Assembly (NCBI RefSeq): GCF_036321535.1 | Contig: NC_087436.1 | Location: 117,802,001 to 117,866,000, forward strand | Direction of reading: 5' to 3' | Length of the DNA: 64,000 nt | DNA from: Camelus dromedarius | Taxonomy: Eukaryota | In this document: positions 36,201 through 48,029 of the stretch, one piece after another | Numbering within the stretch: the stretch's first letter is position 1 | Layout of the letters: each line of letters starts with the position of its first letter | Notes under the pieces: generated by a model | Databases searched by the model: none | What the model saw: only the letters and a program-made list of their open reading frames with translations | What the model was told of the DNA's origin: nothing | Position numbers and translations under genes: made by a program

Positions 36201-36406
36201 AGTGATGGTGGCTGGAAAACCCTATAATGCAGCAGGAAGGGACTTTCCATTGTTTCTGATCTGGCTCGAGAGCTTGTCGGTGGCCAGGAGGGCTGGGGGC
36301 TCTCCTTCGGACATTAACATGACAGCCCCAAAGTGCTGAACTGATCAGTGGGGCTGGATCCCTCTCAACAGTGTACCAGCTTCCACGTGTAAGAAGAAAA
36401 ACTCCA

Positions 36407-37155
36407 AAAAGGGAGCCCTCCTACACTGTTGGTGGGAATGTAATTTGGTGCAGCCAGTATGGAAAACAGCATGGAGATTCCTTAAAAAACTAAAAATAGG
36501 CTTACCATATGAGCTAGAAATTCCACTCTTGGGCATATATCCAGAAGAAACTCTAATTTGAAAAGATAAATGCACCCCAATGTTCACAGCAGCATTATTT
36601 ATGATAATCAAGACATGGAAGGAACCTAAATGTCCAGATGACCGGATAAAGAAGATGGTGGTATATTTATATGATGGAATACTACTCAGCCATAAAAAAG
36701 AATGACATAATGCCATTTGCAACAACATGGATGGACCTAGAGATCATCATACTTAGTGAAGTAAGTCAGACAGATAAAGAAAAATACCATATTATATCAC
36801 TTAAATGTGGAATCTAAGGAAAAAAAGGACACAAATGAACTTATTTACAAAACAGAGACAGACTCACAGACATAGAAAACAAACTTGTAATTATCAGGGG
36901 GAAAGTGGGTGGGGAGGAATAAATTAGGGGGTTGATATTTGTAGATACTAACCTCTATACATAACATAGATAAACAACAAGTTCCTACTGTATAGCACAG
37001 GGAACTATATTCTATATCTCGTAATAGCCTATAATGAAAAAGAATATGAGAAGGAATATATATACTGGATCACTATGCTGTACACCAGAAACTGTCACAG
37101 CATTGTACATCAACCATACATCAATAGAAAAGAAGAGAAAAGAAAAGAAAAAAAA
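36407..37155 (+). mobile_element. Young 5'-truncated L1 (end of ORF2, 3' UTR, A-rich tail)
   Basis: GGGAGCCCTCCTACACTGTTGGTGGGAATGTAA...GCAACAACATGGATGGACCTAGAG...TATAGCACAGGGAACTAT; TSD AAAAACTCCA on both sides. Confidence 0.93.
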
Positions 37156-37340
37156 AAAAAACTCCAGGTGGAGGCAGTTCCATCCAAATGACCTGCCTTT
37201 CCTCACTCTGGGATCAGGAAGGCTCTGGATGATCCCATTCTAGTGGCAGCACCTCTTAGGCCTCTTCTCCCTGCTGTTCTGACTCATGTAGGAAACGCTT
37301 ATCCAGACCAGCTGGGTCCTATGGTGGGGGAAATCCTCGG

Positions 37341-37377
37341 CTACAGTCCATCCTCATCTACAGTCCATCCTCATCTA
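37341..37377 (+). repeat. Perfect 17-bp tandem duplication
   Basis: CTACAGTCCATCCTCAT x2 followed by CTA. Confidence 0.95.
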
Positions 37378-37469
37378 AACAAGAGTTTAAATCTTGTTGA
37401 GCTCCCAGAGGATCAAAGCAGAGGGGTCAATTCTTGAGTTAAAAAAAAGTCACTTTTTAGCTTCATTTG

Positions 37470-38255
37470 AAAACCACATGGTTACCCCTTCACACCCCTC
37501 TAGGGTGGCTATAATTAACAAATGGAGAATGACAAGTGTTGGCGAGGATGTGGAGAAATTGGAAACTTTGTGATTGCTGCAGGGAGTGGAAAATGGTGCA
37601 ACTACTATGGAAAACAGTTTGGTGATGTCTCAAAAACTTATACACAGAATTACTGTATGACCCAGAAACTTCACTCCTAAGTATACACCCAAGAGAAGGG
37701 AAAACAGATGTCTACACAAAAACTTGTACATAAGTGTTCACAGCAACGTGATTCACAATAGGCAAGAGATGGGAACAACCCAAATGTCCATCAACTGATA
37801 AATGAATGGATTAACAGAATGTGAGATCTGCATATGTGCACGTGCACACACACACACAGGTACACATATTCATGCGATGGAATATTATTCGGCCAGAAAA
37901 AAAGAATGAAGCACTGATACATGCTACATGTGGATGAACTTTCAAACACGATGCTAAGTGACGGAAGCCAAACACAAAAGGACAAGTGTTCTGTGATGGC
38001 ACTTACGTGAAATGTCTAGAAGAGGCAAATTCATAGAAATAGAAGGCAGATGAGTGGTTGCCAGAGGCTGGAGGCAGGAGAAAGTGAAGAGTGGCTGGTT
38101 CATGAGTACAGGATTTCCCTCTGGGCTGATGGAAATGTTTTGGACCTTGATGGTGGGGATGGTTGCAGAACATCGTGAAAGCACTCAACGCCACTGAATC
38201 GTCCAGCTTAAAATGGTTAATTTCATGCATTGTGAATTTCACCTCCATAACAATA
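37470..38255 (+). mobile_element. L1MB-type 3' end
   Basis: ACAAGTGTTGGCGAGGATGTGGAGAAATTGGAA...CAACCCAAATGTCCATCAACTGAT...AAAATGGTTAATTTCATG...TGTGAATTTCACCTC. Confidence 0.9.
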
Positions 38256-38319
38256 ATAACACGCTGTTTATGTCTAATGAAGCTAGGACATTTGTAACGG
38301 TTCAGGACGAGATGAGGTG

Positions 38320-38620
38320 ATAGCACGGCACTCACTGTAGGGCAAGCCCTGTTTTAATCCCTTTACAGCGACTGGATCATGAAGCTATCACTGTTGTTGT
38401 GATTTTGCAGGTGGGGAAACTGAGGGCTCAAGGTCATACAGGGAGGAGTGGAGCTGGGATTTGAACCCAGGCAGTCCAGCTCCACTGCCCACATGCTGAA
38501 GCACAAATGAGAAGCCGCCTGAGGCATAGACCTGGCCTCCGTGCCAGGCAAACCCGGGTGTAAATCTAGCACTCTGACTTCAGGTCAGGCCCGCAAGCTC
38601 TCTGAGCCTTGAAGTCACAC
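38320..38620. mobile_element. Two MIRs in divergent (head-to-head) orientation
   Basis: ATTTTGCAGGTGGGGAAACTGAGG...GGGATTTGAACCCAGGCAGTC (-); CCGGGTGTAAATCTAGCACT...CTCTCTGAGCCT (+). Confidence 0.7.
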
Positions 38621-39709
38621 CTATTGAGCAGGGGTGGGTGTGGCTGGTGAGGACGAGGTCCCGTGGGAGGACCACCCAGCCATGGCCACGCCCACCCATC
38701 CTCCCAGTTGCCTCTTGGGCGGCGTGCCTTGAGACAACATTTTGGGAGCCTCCGATTCCATCCCCAGGGGTTCTCTTGGTAATCACCATTGATGAAAAGA
38801 CCAGGTCTTTTATTTTAACTAAGGGCCCTGCTCTCAAGGGTGGGCTGTGGAATTACTCCCTCAGCCCCCTGCTACGTGGTGGGCGCTGTATGGATTCCTT
38901 TATGAGCTCTGTAGGGCACCGTGTAGGAGATGGACAGACAGGGAGGCCAAATCCCAAAGTGGATTTATAGGCAGAAATTCAGGGATAAAGATCAGGGAAG
39001 GGAGAGTGGACCACAAGCAGTGTTAAGTCAGGTTCCAAGAGCAGCAGCATCTGTCAGGCTATTTTCTGGAAGAGTTGGCACAGGCCACTTGGACCTGAGT
39101 GTCTCTCTCAAACCGCTGATGGGATTGCATTTCGGTCAGTGGATGTTTCTGGGGATGGTGGGCTGATGATCACTGGGACCTAGCATAGTACATTTAGACA
39201 GGGAAGCCAGTGTGGTCCCTGGAATGCACAGTGTTCTTTAAAATGACATTTGTTTTTCCATCTTGTGGACATGGAACCTTTCTTGAGCCAAAATGTATGT
39301 TGCTCACCCATAAAATGTACATTTTGTTGGAAAGGAAGGAGGAAACCTCTACCAATTGGACACCCGCCTCCTGGCGAGCTCTGCCTGAGGTGGGCCCACG
39401 AGGACTAGTCTGGGAGGGAAGGGGTTATTTCTGCAGGTGGGAAACCGAGGCTCTGGGGGTGGGTCCCCTGTGCAGGGTCACAGGGCGAGTTGGGGGTGAA
39501 ACCCAGCTCTGAAAGTCTGAAAAGTGAATTCCCTCCACTTTACCGGGGCTTCCCCGCCCAGGGCTGGGATTGGACTTGGGGGATGGCCAATCCCTGGTCC
39601 CTTTGCTCAGATGGGTGATATCTTTCATATCTGACAGTCCTACTGTTCTGCAGTTGTGTGTGACACTCTTTGCCAAGTTTGTCTAAAGGATCCTGAACTG
39701 GAGAGAAAA

Positions 39710-39870
39710 AGTGCTAAAAAGGGCATTATCGGGACAACTGGTGAACTTTGAATAAGGACCGTGGATTAGACAGTAATACTGTGCCAGTGCTGACTCCCTA
39801 GCTCTGACAACTGCACAGTGGCTATAGGGTGTCCTTGTCCTTAGGAAATGCACACAGAAGCACTGGAGGA
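39710..39870 (+). mobile_element. L1MC/ME 3' fragment
   Basis: AAAGGGCATTATCGGGACAACTGGTGAACTTTGAATAAGG...GTCCTTGTCCTTAGGAAATGCACAC. Confidence 0.7.
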
Positions 39871-39919
39871 GTGTTTCCATTATGGGTTGTCATTTCATAA
39901 CATAGAGACCTCAGACGGC

Positions 39920-40180
39920 AAGGATTTATTACAGCTCGTGGTCCTGTGGGTCGGCTGGGCTCAGCCGGGTGGCTCTTCTGCTCACGTGGCCGCACTGAGC
40001 TGGGAGCTCGGCTGGCTGGCGCGTTCCAGATGGCCTCACTTCTGTGTCTGGGGTGCCTGGGGCCTCATCCTCTCTGCATGGTCTCTCCCCACCCAGTAGA
40101 CCAGGCTGAGCTTCTTTACATGGCTCCCAGGTCCCAGGAGGGCTGCCAAGTTCTCTTAAGGCCTGTGAATGGGGAGACCT
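39920..40180 (-). mobile_element. MLT1 fragment
   Basis: CTGGGCTCAGCCGGGTGGCTCTTCTGCT...CCAGATGGCCTCACT...GCTTCTTTACATGGC. Confidence 0.65.
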
Positions 40181-40744
40181 CACCCAGGGATAATGGTGTG
40201 TGGCCTTCAGGGGCTTAGACTGCAGCAAGCCACCCTGGGCACAGCCCCAGGGATGCCCGCCACCCGCGGAACTGGAGGGTCCTGCAGTCACAGGTGCCCA
40301 TCACCTGACGCTTGGCCACCCGAGGGTCTTTAAGGCGGAGCTGTGGCTCCACCACTCCTGGGGTGTGGAGTCTCTCTTCTGATGTATGCCCCTGTCAGAC
40401 AAGTTCTCTTTCAGAAGAACACCGTTGACAAGCAATTTCCAAATGAAAAGTGGCTTGACTTACCCTTTTCACAAAAAGGAACTGTAAATCCTCAGGAAAT
40501 CGATGCCTTTGGGGGCATTTTGTCTTTGTGGAAAGCCTCAAGGTCACCCAGCCCAAAGACCTGGATTCTAATTCTGGTTTCATTACTTATATTTCTGAGC
40601 AGAGGACGGAACTGAGCCTTGGTTTCCTCAGCCGTAAAATGGGAAGAATAGCGCCTATAAAGAGTTTTGGTGTGAGAATGACGTGAAATGGTAGAGTTGA
40701 GGCTCCTGGCACCATGCTTCTCACTGTCAAGATGGGGAACAGGC

Positions 40745-40826
40745 TCCTAGCTATCCTAGTTTGCCTGGGACTGAGGGGTTCCCAGGACGCTAAGGCCAGG
40801 GTGCTGGGGACCAGTTGGTCACCCTA
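40745..40826. mobile_element. MER94-like hAT MITE fragment (a second one lies near 41368-41440)
   Basis: ATCCTAGTTTGCCTGGGACTGAGGGGTTCCCAGGAC...GTTGGTCACCCTA; second copy GGGACCAACCATCCTGGTTT...GATCACCC. Confidence 0.6.
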
Positions 40827-41500
40827 CATGTCAGATCCTCTCCCCTTCCCTTCTCTGCACCTTGGTTTCCCCAGCAGGCAGATGTTCGCAGGGCCTCATC
40901 CTTGAGATGCGCCCCAGAGCTGTATGGGTAAAGCATGTGTGTTACATAAACTCAAAACCAGATGCCCGCATGTGCTTAGGCGTGTGTGCACGTAGGGGTG
41001 TGCTCAGTGGGAGGACCCCCTGGCTGGTCTCAGTCACCTGCCTCTTGAGCTATGTAAACTTCTGCCTACAGAGCCAACCCCCAGGGCCTCAGCACCTCCC
41101 AGTGTCAGGGGATGGCAGGAGAGGTGGCTTCACGTGGTTTGGGGAAGGGGCTGGACTGTTGCTGAGCAGGACAGGGGGCTACCTGGTGGTGGTGGTGGTG
41201 GTGGTGATGGAGGTCTTATTTACTTTTTCTTTTTTTCCACCTCCGAGCTTAGACAGTCGTGTGTGCTGTTCCCTTGCTGTTCCAGGCCTTCCTCCCTGGT
41301 GGGGCTGGATGGGGCCTGATGGACCAGGCCCAGTCAGCTGGGTGCATTAGCAGGGAAGGTGAGAGAGGGGGACCAACCATCCTGGTTTTCAGGGTGAAAA
41401 CTGGGAAAGACTCAGGTAAATTGGGTCCACTGATCACCCAGGCATTTCTCTGCTGGAGCCTCAGTCCCTCACCTGTGAAATGGGGACAGGGACACCTTCC

Positions 41501-41848
41501 TATCTCAGACCATTCAGGCTCCTTTAACAGATACCAGAGACAGGGTGGCTTAGAAATGGCAAACTTAGAAACTTAGAAACTTGCAGGTCTGGAGGCTGGA
41601 GGTCTGAGATCATGGCTTTGGCGTCGGCAGATTCGACGTCTGGAGGGAACCTGCTTCCTCACTGACAGCCACCTCCTCCCTGCAACCTCCCACGGCAGAA
41701 GGAGCGGGGAGCTCTTTGGGGTCCTCTTTATAAGGCAGTAATCCCACTCACGAAGGCTCTGTCCAAAGCCCCCACCTCTTAATGCCATCACCTTGGGGGT
41801 CAGGATTTCAACATAGGAATCTGGGGGACACACAGTCAGACCACAGCA
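41501..41848 (-). mobile_element. MLT1A-type LTR
   Basis: Antisense TAATGCCATCACCTTGGGGGTCAGGATTTCAACATAGGAATCTGGGGGACACA...CCACAGCA. Confidence 0.85.
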
Positions 41849-41869
41849 TTCCCCAAATTTAGCATCCAC

Positions 41870-42290
41870 TGGACAAATGCTGATTGAGCCCCTTCTATGT
41901 GCCTGGCAGAGCATGGTCTCTGGGGATTCCTGAATGGATAAGACAGACCTGCCCCGGTGAAGGGTAGACACAGACAGCCCTTACATCAGCAAAGAGGCAA
42001 GATGCCTTCAGGTGGTGACAACAGGGTGGAGCAGGGTCTGCGGCAGAGAGGACTCCAGAGGGGCTGGGAGGCACTTGTGGATCAGAGAAGGCCTCTGTGA
42101 GGAGGTGACATGAGCCGAGGGCAGAGGAAGCTCATTTCAGGCAGAGGCCCTGAGCAAGAACACAAGTGCAAAGGCCCTGAGGCAGCAACAACAGTGCCTG
42201 GCTTGCAGAGAGAAGAGGAGTGTGGTAGGCAAGGCCAGAGAGGTGGGCGGGGCAGTACGTCAGGGCCCACGGAGCCCTTCTAGTCATAGG
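41870..42290 (-). mobile_element. L2 fragment
   Basis: ATTGAGCCCCTTCTATGTGCCTGGCA...TCAGAGAAGGCCTCTGTGAGGAGGTGACATGAG...CAAGTGCAAAGGCCCTGAGGCAG. Confidence 0.8.
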
Positions 42291-42299
42291 AGGCTGCAC

Positions 42300-43720
42300 G
42301 GCCCGAAACTGGACTAGGTTCAAATCCAAGCTCTGCCTCTCACAAGTTAGGTGACCTTTGCTTAACCTTTCTGTGCTTCAACATCCCCATTGCAAAATAG
42401 AATTGTGTACAGGAAATAAAAGGGTAGGTTCATCACTGCCGATAAGGGCCCATAGGACTGATCAAAGAAGGCAGAGGGACAGACAAGCAAAGAGAAGGGG
42501 CACAGACCCTGGGGCACGGCTGCCTGGATTCAACCCCAGGCCCCACTTCTGGTGTGTCATCTAAGCTCTCTGTGCTTCGACAGCAATAATAACCATCATA
42601 TGGGGTTGTTGAGAGGACTGGGCAGATCAACACGTGGCACTTAGAACAGAGCAGCCCCTGCACCCCCAGCAGGACCACATAGGTGCTGTGTGACCTTGCC
42701 CAGTCACTTGAGCTCTCTGAGCATCCAATTTCCATCAGTCACAAAAGCATAGTAATCCTGTCTCCCTTGCCTCTGGAGGCTGTGGGAGGAGCCAGGAGCC
42801 TGGTCCAAGGCCAGGGACAGAGTGAGAGGTCAGCTCCTGCCTGCCACCTGCCCACATGAAGTTTGAGGTTAGACACTTCCTCTTCTCGTCTCTATCTCTG
42901 GGGACTATTGTCCAGAAAAATTTGACCTCTCCAAGCATAAGAGAAGCGATGCGGCATGGTGGGAAGGCCTCAGCTTGAGAGTTCCAGGGACCCGGTTCCA
43001 ACTCTAGCTCCTCCTTTCTCTAGTTGTGAAAAACTTGGGCAGGAGCTTCGATCTCTCCGAGCCTCAGTCCCTTTCAGAAACACCTGTCTCCCAGAGCCAG
43101 GGCGGGGGTCCAACCAGACGGCAGGTGCCACAGCCCACGTCCCCTCCTTGCCCGTCTCCATGCCTGCTCTCAGCTGAGCCCCCACAGTGGACCTCCCACG
43201 CAGACACCCAGCCCCTGAGATCCTCTTGGCTTCCACTCTGGCAAGTCTGCCCCACTTGAGTAGGCTGCAGTCAGCATCTGGCTGAGACCATCTCAGAAAG
43301 CTGGCTTTGGGCCGGATGGGGTGCAAGGAGAGGGCAGCAGGGGCTAAGCAAGAAGGCACAGTGAGGCCCAAACACCCAGCTTGTCTTCAAGGCCAAACTG
43401 CTTCCCTCTCGTGGCTCCCCAAAGGGGCCCTTGGATTCTGGAAGTCAAACCAGTAGGCAATTCCAAAGAGGCCATACACCTGCCCGTCAGCCCCAAGCTC
43501 CTGAAGCCAGACAGAGCCTCGGAGGACAGACCTGAGGTCATGTCCCGGCTGGGCCACTTACAAGCTGTGTGCCCTTGGGCCAGTTACTCAGCCTTTCTGG
43601 GCTCAGTTTTATTATCTTCAAAGTGGGTTTAATACTTCTATCTCTCAGGTATCACCTCTCATCGAATAAGATGACACATGTAAAGCACTCAGCACTGTTC
43701 CCTGCATATCGTTGATGCTC
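42300..43720 (+). mobile_element. Run of about five MIR fragments
   Basis: Repeated MIR cores near 42310, 42510, 42685, 42990 and 43550 (for example CTAGGTTCAAATCCAAGCTCTGCC; AGCTGTGTGCCCTTGGGCCAGTTACTCAGCC). Confidence 0.7.
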
Positions 43721-43743
43721 AAAAAAGTAATAGTTGTTTTAGT

Positions 43744-44010
43744 GTCACCATCATCATCGCCATCATTACCATCATCCTCTCTCTAGTTACCACTGACATC
43801 ACCGGCACCATTTCCGCTGCCATAACAGTCAGCATCAGCATCTTCATGTCACAGTGGTCACTGTTGTCATCATCGGCATCACCACCACCACCACCGCCAC
43901 CGCCACCGACACCGTCACCGTCGACATCATCCTCGCTGGCATCAGAGTCGGCATCAGCATCATCTTCATCACCACGGTCGTTGCCGTCGTCGCCACCACC
44001 ACCAGCAGCA
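43744..44010 (+). repeat. Degenerate (CAT/CAC/CCG)n trinucleotide low-complexity tract
   Basis: CACCATCATCATCGCCATCATTACC...CACCACCACCACCGCCACCGCC. Confidence 0.9.
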
Positions 44011-44425
44011 GTGGCAGATGGGCCGCTGGTGTCCCCACGTGACAGATCTGCCTTGGTGAGTCTGCTTGATGGCTTTCAGACTTGAAGCTGATTTCCTCTG
44101 ACTTGTGGTAGTTAAACTACCACCCTGGCATTCTTTCCATTGTTTATTGTTTTAGAAAACAAACCAGAAAATTGCTTTCTTCCCAATATGGTTTCCAAAT
44201 ACCCAGCATCAGGTTTTCCACTGGCATCTTGGAATGTTCTCATCAGAAATCTCCGTCAAGCCATGATCCTTGAGGCTGGGAGCTGTGCCCAGGAGCTGTC
44301 TGGGAAAGGAGTTTCTAACACTAATATTATCTGCTCATGCCCAGTCCTTTCCAGCCAAGAAAAGACTGTCAAACCATATAAACCAACAATCCAAGGGCCT
44401 TGGGAGGAGAAGGGTGTGGGGAGGT

Positions 44426-44824
44426 TGTCTCAGCCTGCTCGGGCTGCCATAACAAAATACCAGAGACGGGGGCTTCAACAACAGACATTTATTTTCTCAC
44501 GGTTCTGGAGGCCAGAGGTCGATGAACAAGGTGCCAGCACACTTCTGATGAGAGCTCCCTTCCTGGCTGTAGACGGCTGCCTTCTCACTGTGTCCTCACA
44601 TGGCCTTTCTTCTGTGCTTGCTGGGAAGGGGACAGTGGGGGCAGATCCCTGGGATCTCTTCCTCTTCTTATAAGGACACCAGTCCTGTCAGATTAGGGCC
44701 CCACCCTTATGACCTCTTTTAACCTTAATTACCTCCATAAAGGCCCTACCTCCACGTACAGTCACACTGGCGGTTGGGGCTTCAACATAGGAATTCTGGG
44801 GGACACAGTTCAGTACATACCACA
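44426..44824 (-). mobile_element. MLT1A-type LTR
   Basis: TGTCTCAGCCTGCTCGGGCTGCCATAACAAAATACC...CTTATAAGGACACCAGTC...CTTCAACATAGGAATTCTGGGGGACACAGTTCAG. Confidence 0.9.
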
Positions 44825-44829
44825 AGGGA

Positions 44830-45030
44830 AGATGTATTTATAAAGCACCTACTATGTGCCAGAGACTTTATGAAGAACTTTCATAGACATCGTTTCATCT
44901 AAGTCACAAGACAAACCTGTGAGACAGGTCACATAACCCTCATTTTATGAATGAGGAGACTGAAGCGCAGAGACGTTAAGCGAGCAGCTCAGTGTCACAC
45001 AGGATGGTCCTGGGCTTCTACCTCGGGTCC
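44830..45030 (-). mobile_element. MIR SINE
   Basis: AGCACCTACTATGTGCCAG...CTCATTTTATGAATGAGGAGACTGAAGCGCAGAGACGTTAAG. Confidence 0.8.
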
Positions 45031-45136
45031 ACATGATTTCAGATGGTATATTCAATTATTTTTTTCATGTCAGAGATTCTCAAAGAATGGCCCACAGACC
45101 TCTGGGGGTTCCCTGAGGTCTTGGAGGTAACAACTA

Positions 45137-45223
45137 TTTTTTTTTTTAATGAGGTACTGGGGATTGAACCCAGGACCTTACGCATGTTGAGCACACGCTC
45201 TACCACCGAGCTCTACCCTCCCC
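45137..45223 (-). mobile_element. tRNA-derived SINE (vic-1-like), short-tailed
   Basis: T-tract then GAGGTACTGGGGATTGAACCCAGGACC...CTACCACCGAGCTCTACCCTCCCC. Confidence 0.9.
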
Positions 45224-45708
45224 GCCGCGACTGTTTGTACTGTACACTGAGAGTAGCGTTAGTGGTGCTGACACCGTCTGGTGCCCTAACAGTCATGTGA
45301 CTGCTCACGCTAGGGTGTCTCTCACTGAGTGGACACTTTACTGATGCTGCAGAGCCAACGATGAGCGAAACCGGTCCCTCCCCTGGAACGGAGGCGCCGG
45401 CCCCAAACTCTGCTAATAGTCATTGCACTGCTTTCTGCTGTGCACTCACAGTAAAAAAAAAAAAAAAAAAAAAAAGATAAAATTAACTAATTTTATTAAA
45501 TTTCAACCCTCAAGCACACATCTTTTTAGCATTCTGTGTGACTCTATGGGAAGTACCACAAGGCACTTCTGCTGCGGGCTGAAGTACGATGACTGCCTGG
45601 AGAAAAAGAAGCCAGGCAGTTGGAGTTTTTTCACGAAGCACCATTTTCAGTCGAAAAGAGTGACCGACAGGCCAACGATGGTCATGCAGACTTGGACTTG
45701 GGGCAAAC

Positions 45709-45870
45709 TTTTTTTTTAATTATTGTTTTTCTTATTTTTCTTTCTTCTTGGGGGGAGATAATTAGTTTTATTTATTATTATTTTTTTTTTAGAGGAGGTG
45801 CTGGGGATTGAACTCAGAACCTCAGGCATGCTAAGCACTTCGTGCTCTGCCACTGAGCTACACCCACCCC
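45709..45870 (-). mobile_element. tRNA-derived SINE (vic-1-like)
   Basis: GGAGGTGCTGGGGATTGAACTCAG...GCCACTGAGCTACACCCACCCC; TSD-like TGGGGCA(A/G)A flanks. Confidence 0.9.
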
Positions 45871-48029
45871 CTGGGGCAGATAGTTTTTGAAAATGAATGA
45901 AGCGAGCCTTTCAGCTGCAGAGTAAGCAACTAACAGTATTTGTCACCAATGAGAAGATTTGCCCTTTTGACACAATTTAGAGTTTGGGGAAACTGGAGTC
46001 TCCCGTTGTGAGCTTGCTCCCTGCTACTGAAAGACTTCTTCGCCAGTGATAAGAAAGACTTGGTGATGAGACTGATGGAGGTGACTTTTTGATGTTATGC
46101 AATTTAATGTGTCAACATTTGGAAGCTCTCACAAGTCAGTGATCTGGCATTTTATAGATGACCAGTGCGTGAGGTTTCAAAATCACACTCAGCTATAAAG
46201 ATCCAATCAAAGCGCTTGATAGACCAAGGGATGTTAGTGGAACAGAAAACAAAAAATTCCTCAGTATGTTTTCTGATTTTGTATCCCAACTAATTCTTAA
46301 AATACTACCACTTGTCAAGTTTTGTGTAGTATCAAGAAATGATCTAAAAAGTCTACGAAAATATTCCTCCTTTTTCTACAAATTGTCTGTGAGGCCAGAT
46401 TTTCTTCCTATACTGCAAGCAAACAACGTATTGCAACATACTGAATGCAGAAGTCACTGTAAGTATTTGGGGGTCTTCTATTAAACAGAACAGTATAGAG
46501 AGCTGCAGAAATATAAGACAATGCCACTCTTTTCACTGTTTTTTGGAAATTAAAAATATGTTATTCATGTTAATATACAAGAGATTTGTTATTACTTTTA
46601 AATAAATTAATAAATACTCTAAAACATTTTCGGTTTTAATTTCTAAATGTGAGTACAGGCAATATACACAAACAATGGCTCTTTGGGGTCCTCAATAATT
46701 GTGAAGAGGACAAAGGGGTCCTGAGACCAAAAAGTTTGAGAACCGCTGCTTATTTTGTGGTCGAGGAAACTGAGGCTCAGAGAGGTTAGGCAGTTCGGCT
46801 GAGGTCACAAAGCTAGAAAATGGTGGCTCAACATGGTGGACCCTGTGATACATGGCCCTGATCCCAGAGCTGCTGGAAGACAAACCTTGGCTACAAGGCT
46901 CCTTCGGAACCTCCTGGGCTGAAGGAAACTCAACCTGGACTTGGGCTGGATAGAGGAGTCCAAGGTCACACCCCGTTCTAGGGTCAGCTTCCATCCAATG
47001 CTGGACCAACGGGGGCCGGGAGGGGAGGGGTCGACTGGGTTTAACCCAGGCTTCTGTGGAGCTTGGATGGGGGTGTAGAGAGAGAGAAGCCTGGGGACAG
47101 ACCTGGACAAGACCACAGACAGCCCTAAATGCTTCCGTTTCCTCAGCTGGAAAAAGGATGGAGGAATTTAGACCTAATCTAATGATGCTATGCAGCCTTC
47201 GTCAAAATCACAGCTGCCCTCCACCTGGGTTTGAGAAAGTTCAGGGTCAAGGACAGAGCCCCTACCTCAATGCAGAAGAGCAGCATGCAGCATACAGCGT
47301 ACAGTTCTGGCTCTTTCCACTCAGCGTGCCTTGAGCATCGTGAAAGAACACTGTAAAGTGATTATAGGTCAGAGAAGGGTGGTTATCATGATCAGAACCC
47401 AGCTCTCAGCGGGGAAGTCCTATGCAGCCGTTCTGGGACGCACCAACCCTCCCCAGGACTATCCAGTCACAGGTTCACGCAGACCTGCTTGCACACCTCC
47501 AGGGCCGGTGAGCTCACTACCTCCCGAGATGGCTCCCTGCTTTTCTGTCTGCCCTCCCGTGGTGGCTGAAATCCTCCCCTGGTGGAGGGCCTTCCGTTTT
47601 GTTTCTCTTATCTCGCTTGCTTTTATTGCAACCCACTTCCCCTGCAGACTTGCGTTCTTATTGACTTTCTCTCCATATCTTTTGCCATCTTGCTCTGCCT
47701 ACTTCCTCTCTTCCTGTGTTCCCCGTCCTCCCACAGCTCAGCCCTGGAGCCTAACTCACTCACCATTTCTAGGGCTGTCCTGCTGGACAACCACAGGAAC
47801 AGAGGGGTTCATCGGATCAGTCCTTGCCCTCACCGAGCTTGCGATCCAGCAGGGCCACTGCCACATGGTCCCACCATACATACAGGGCCGGGGTGGGGGG
47901 TTGAAGTGTCAGGGATGGGGATGAGAAACTGTTTATAAATGTTTCCCAACCACAAGGCTAGGGGAGCATCTCACAGAATAAGCACAGAGTTTAAATCCAG
48001 GTCCGCCCGAGTGTGAACCAGTCTCATCT

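Larger units (their letters stand above)
45071..46748. mobile_element. Charlie1-family (Charlie1a/b-like) hAT transposon fossil carrying two SINE insertions
   Basis: Inverted termini CAGAGATTCTCAAA...TTTGAGAACCGCTG; subterminal GGGGTCCTGAGACCAAAAAG; AT-rich decayed transposase-like interior with no intact ORF. Confidence 0.85.

Noticed and set aside
41501..44824. Two same-orientation MLT1A LTRs as a possible provirus
   Set aside because: The intervening DNA is older L2/MIR sequence, not MaLR internal sequence, and there is no shared TSD; these are independent solo LTRs
47331..47924. 197-aa ORF with a hydrophobic stretch
   Set aside because: Non-ATG start, no recognisable family, and composition explained by a pyrimidine-rich tract
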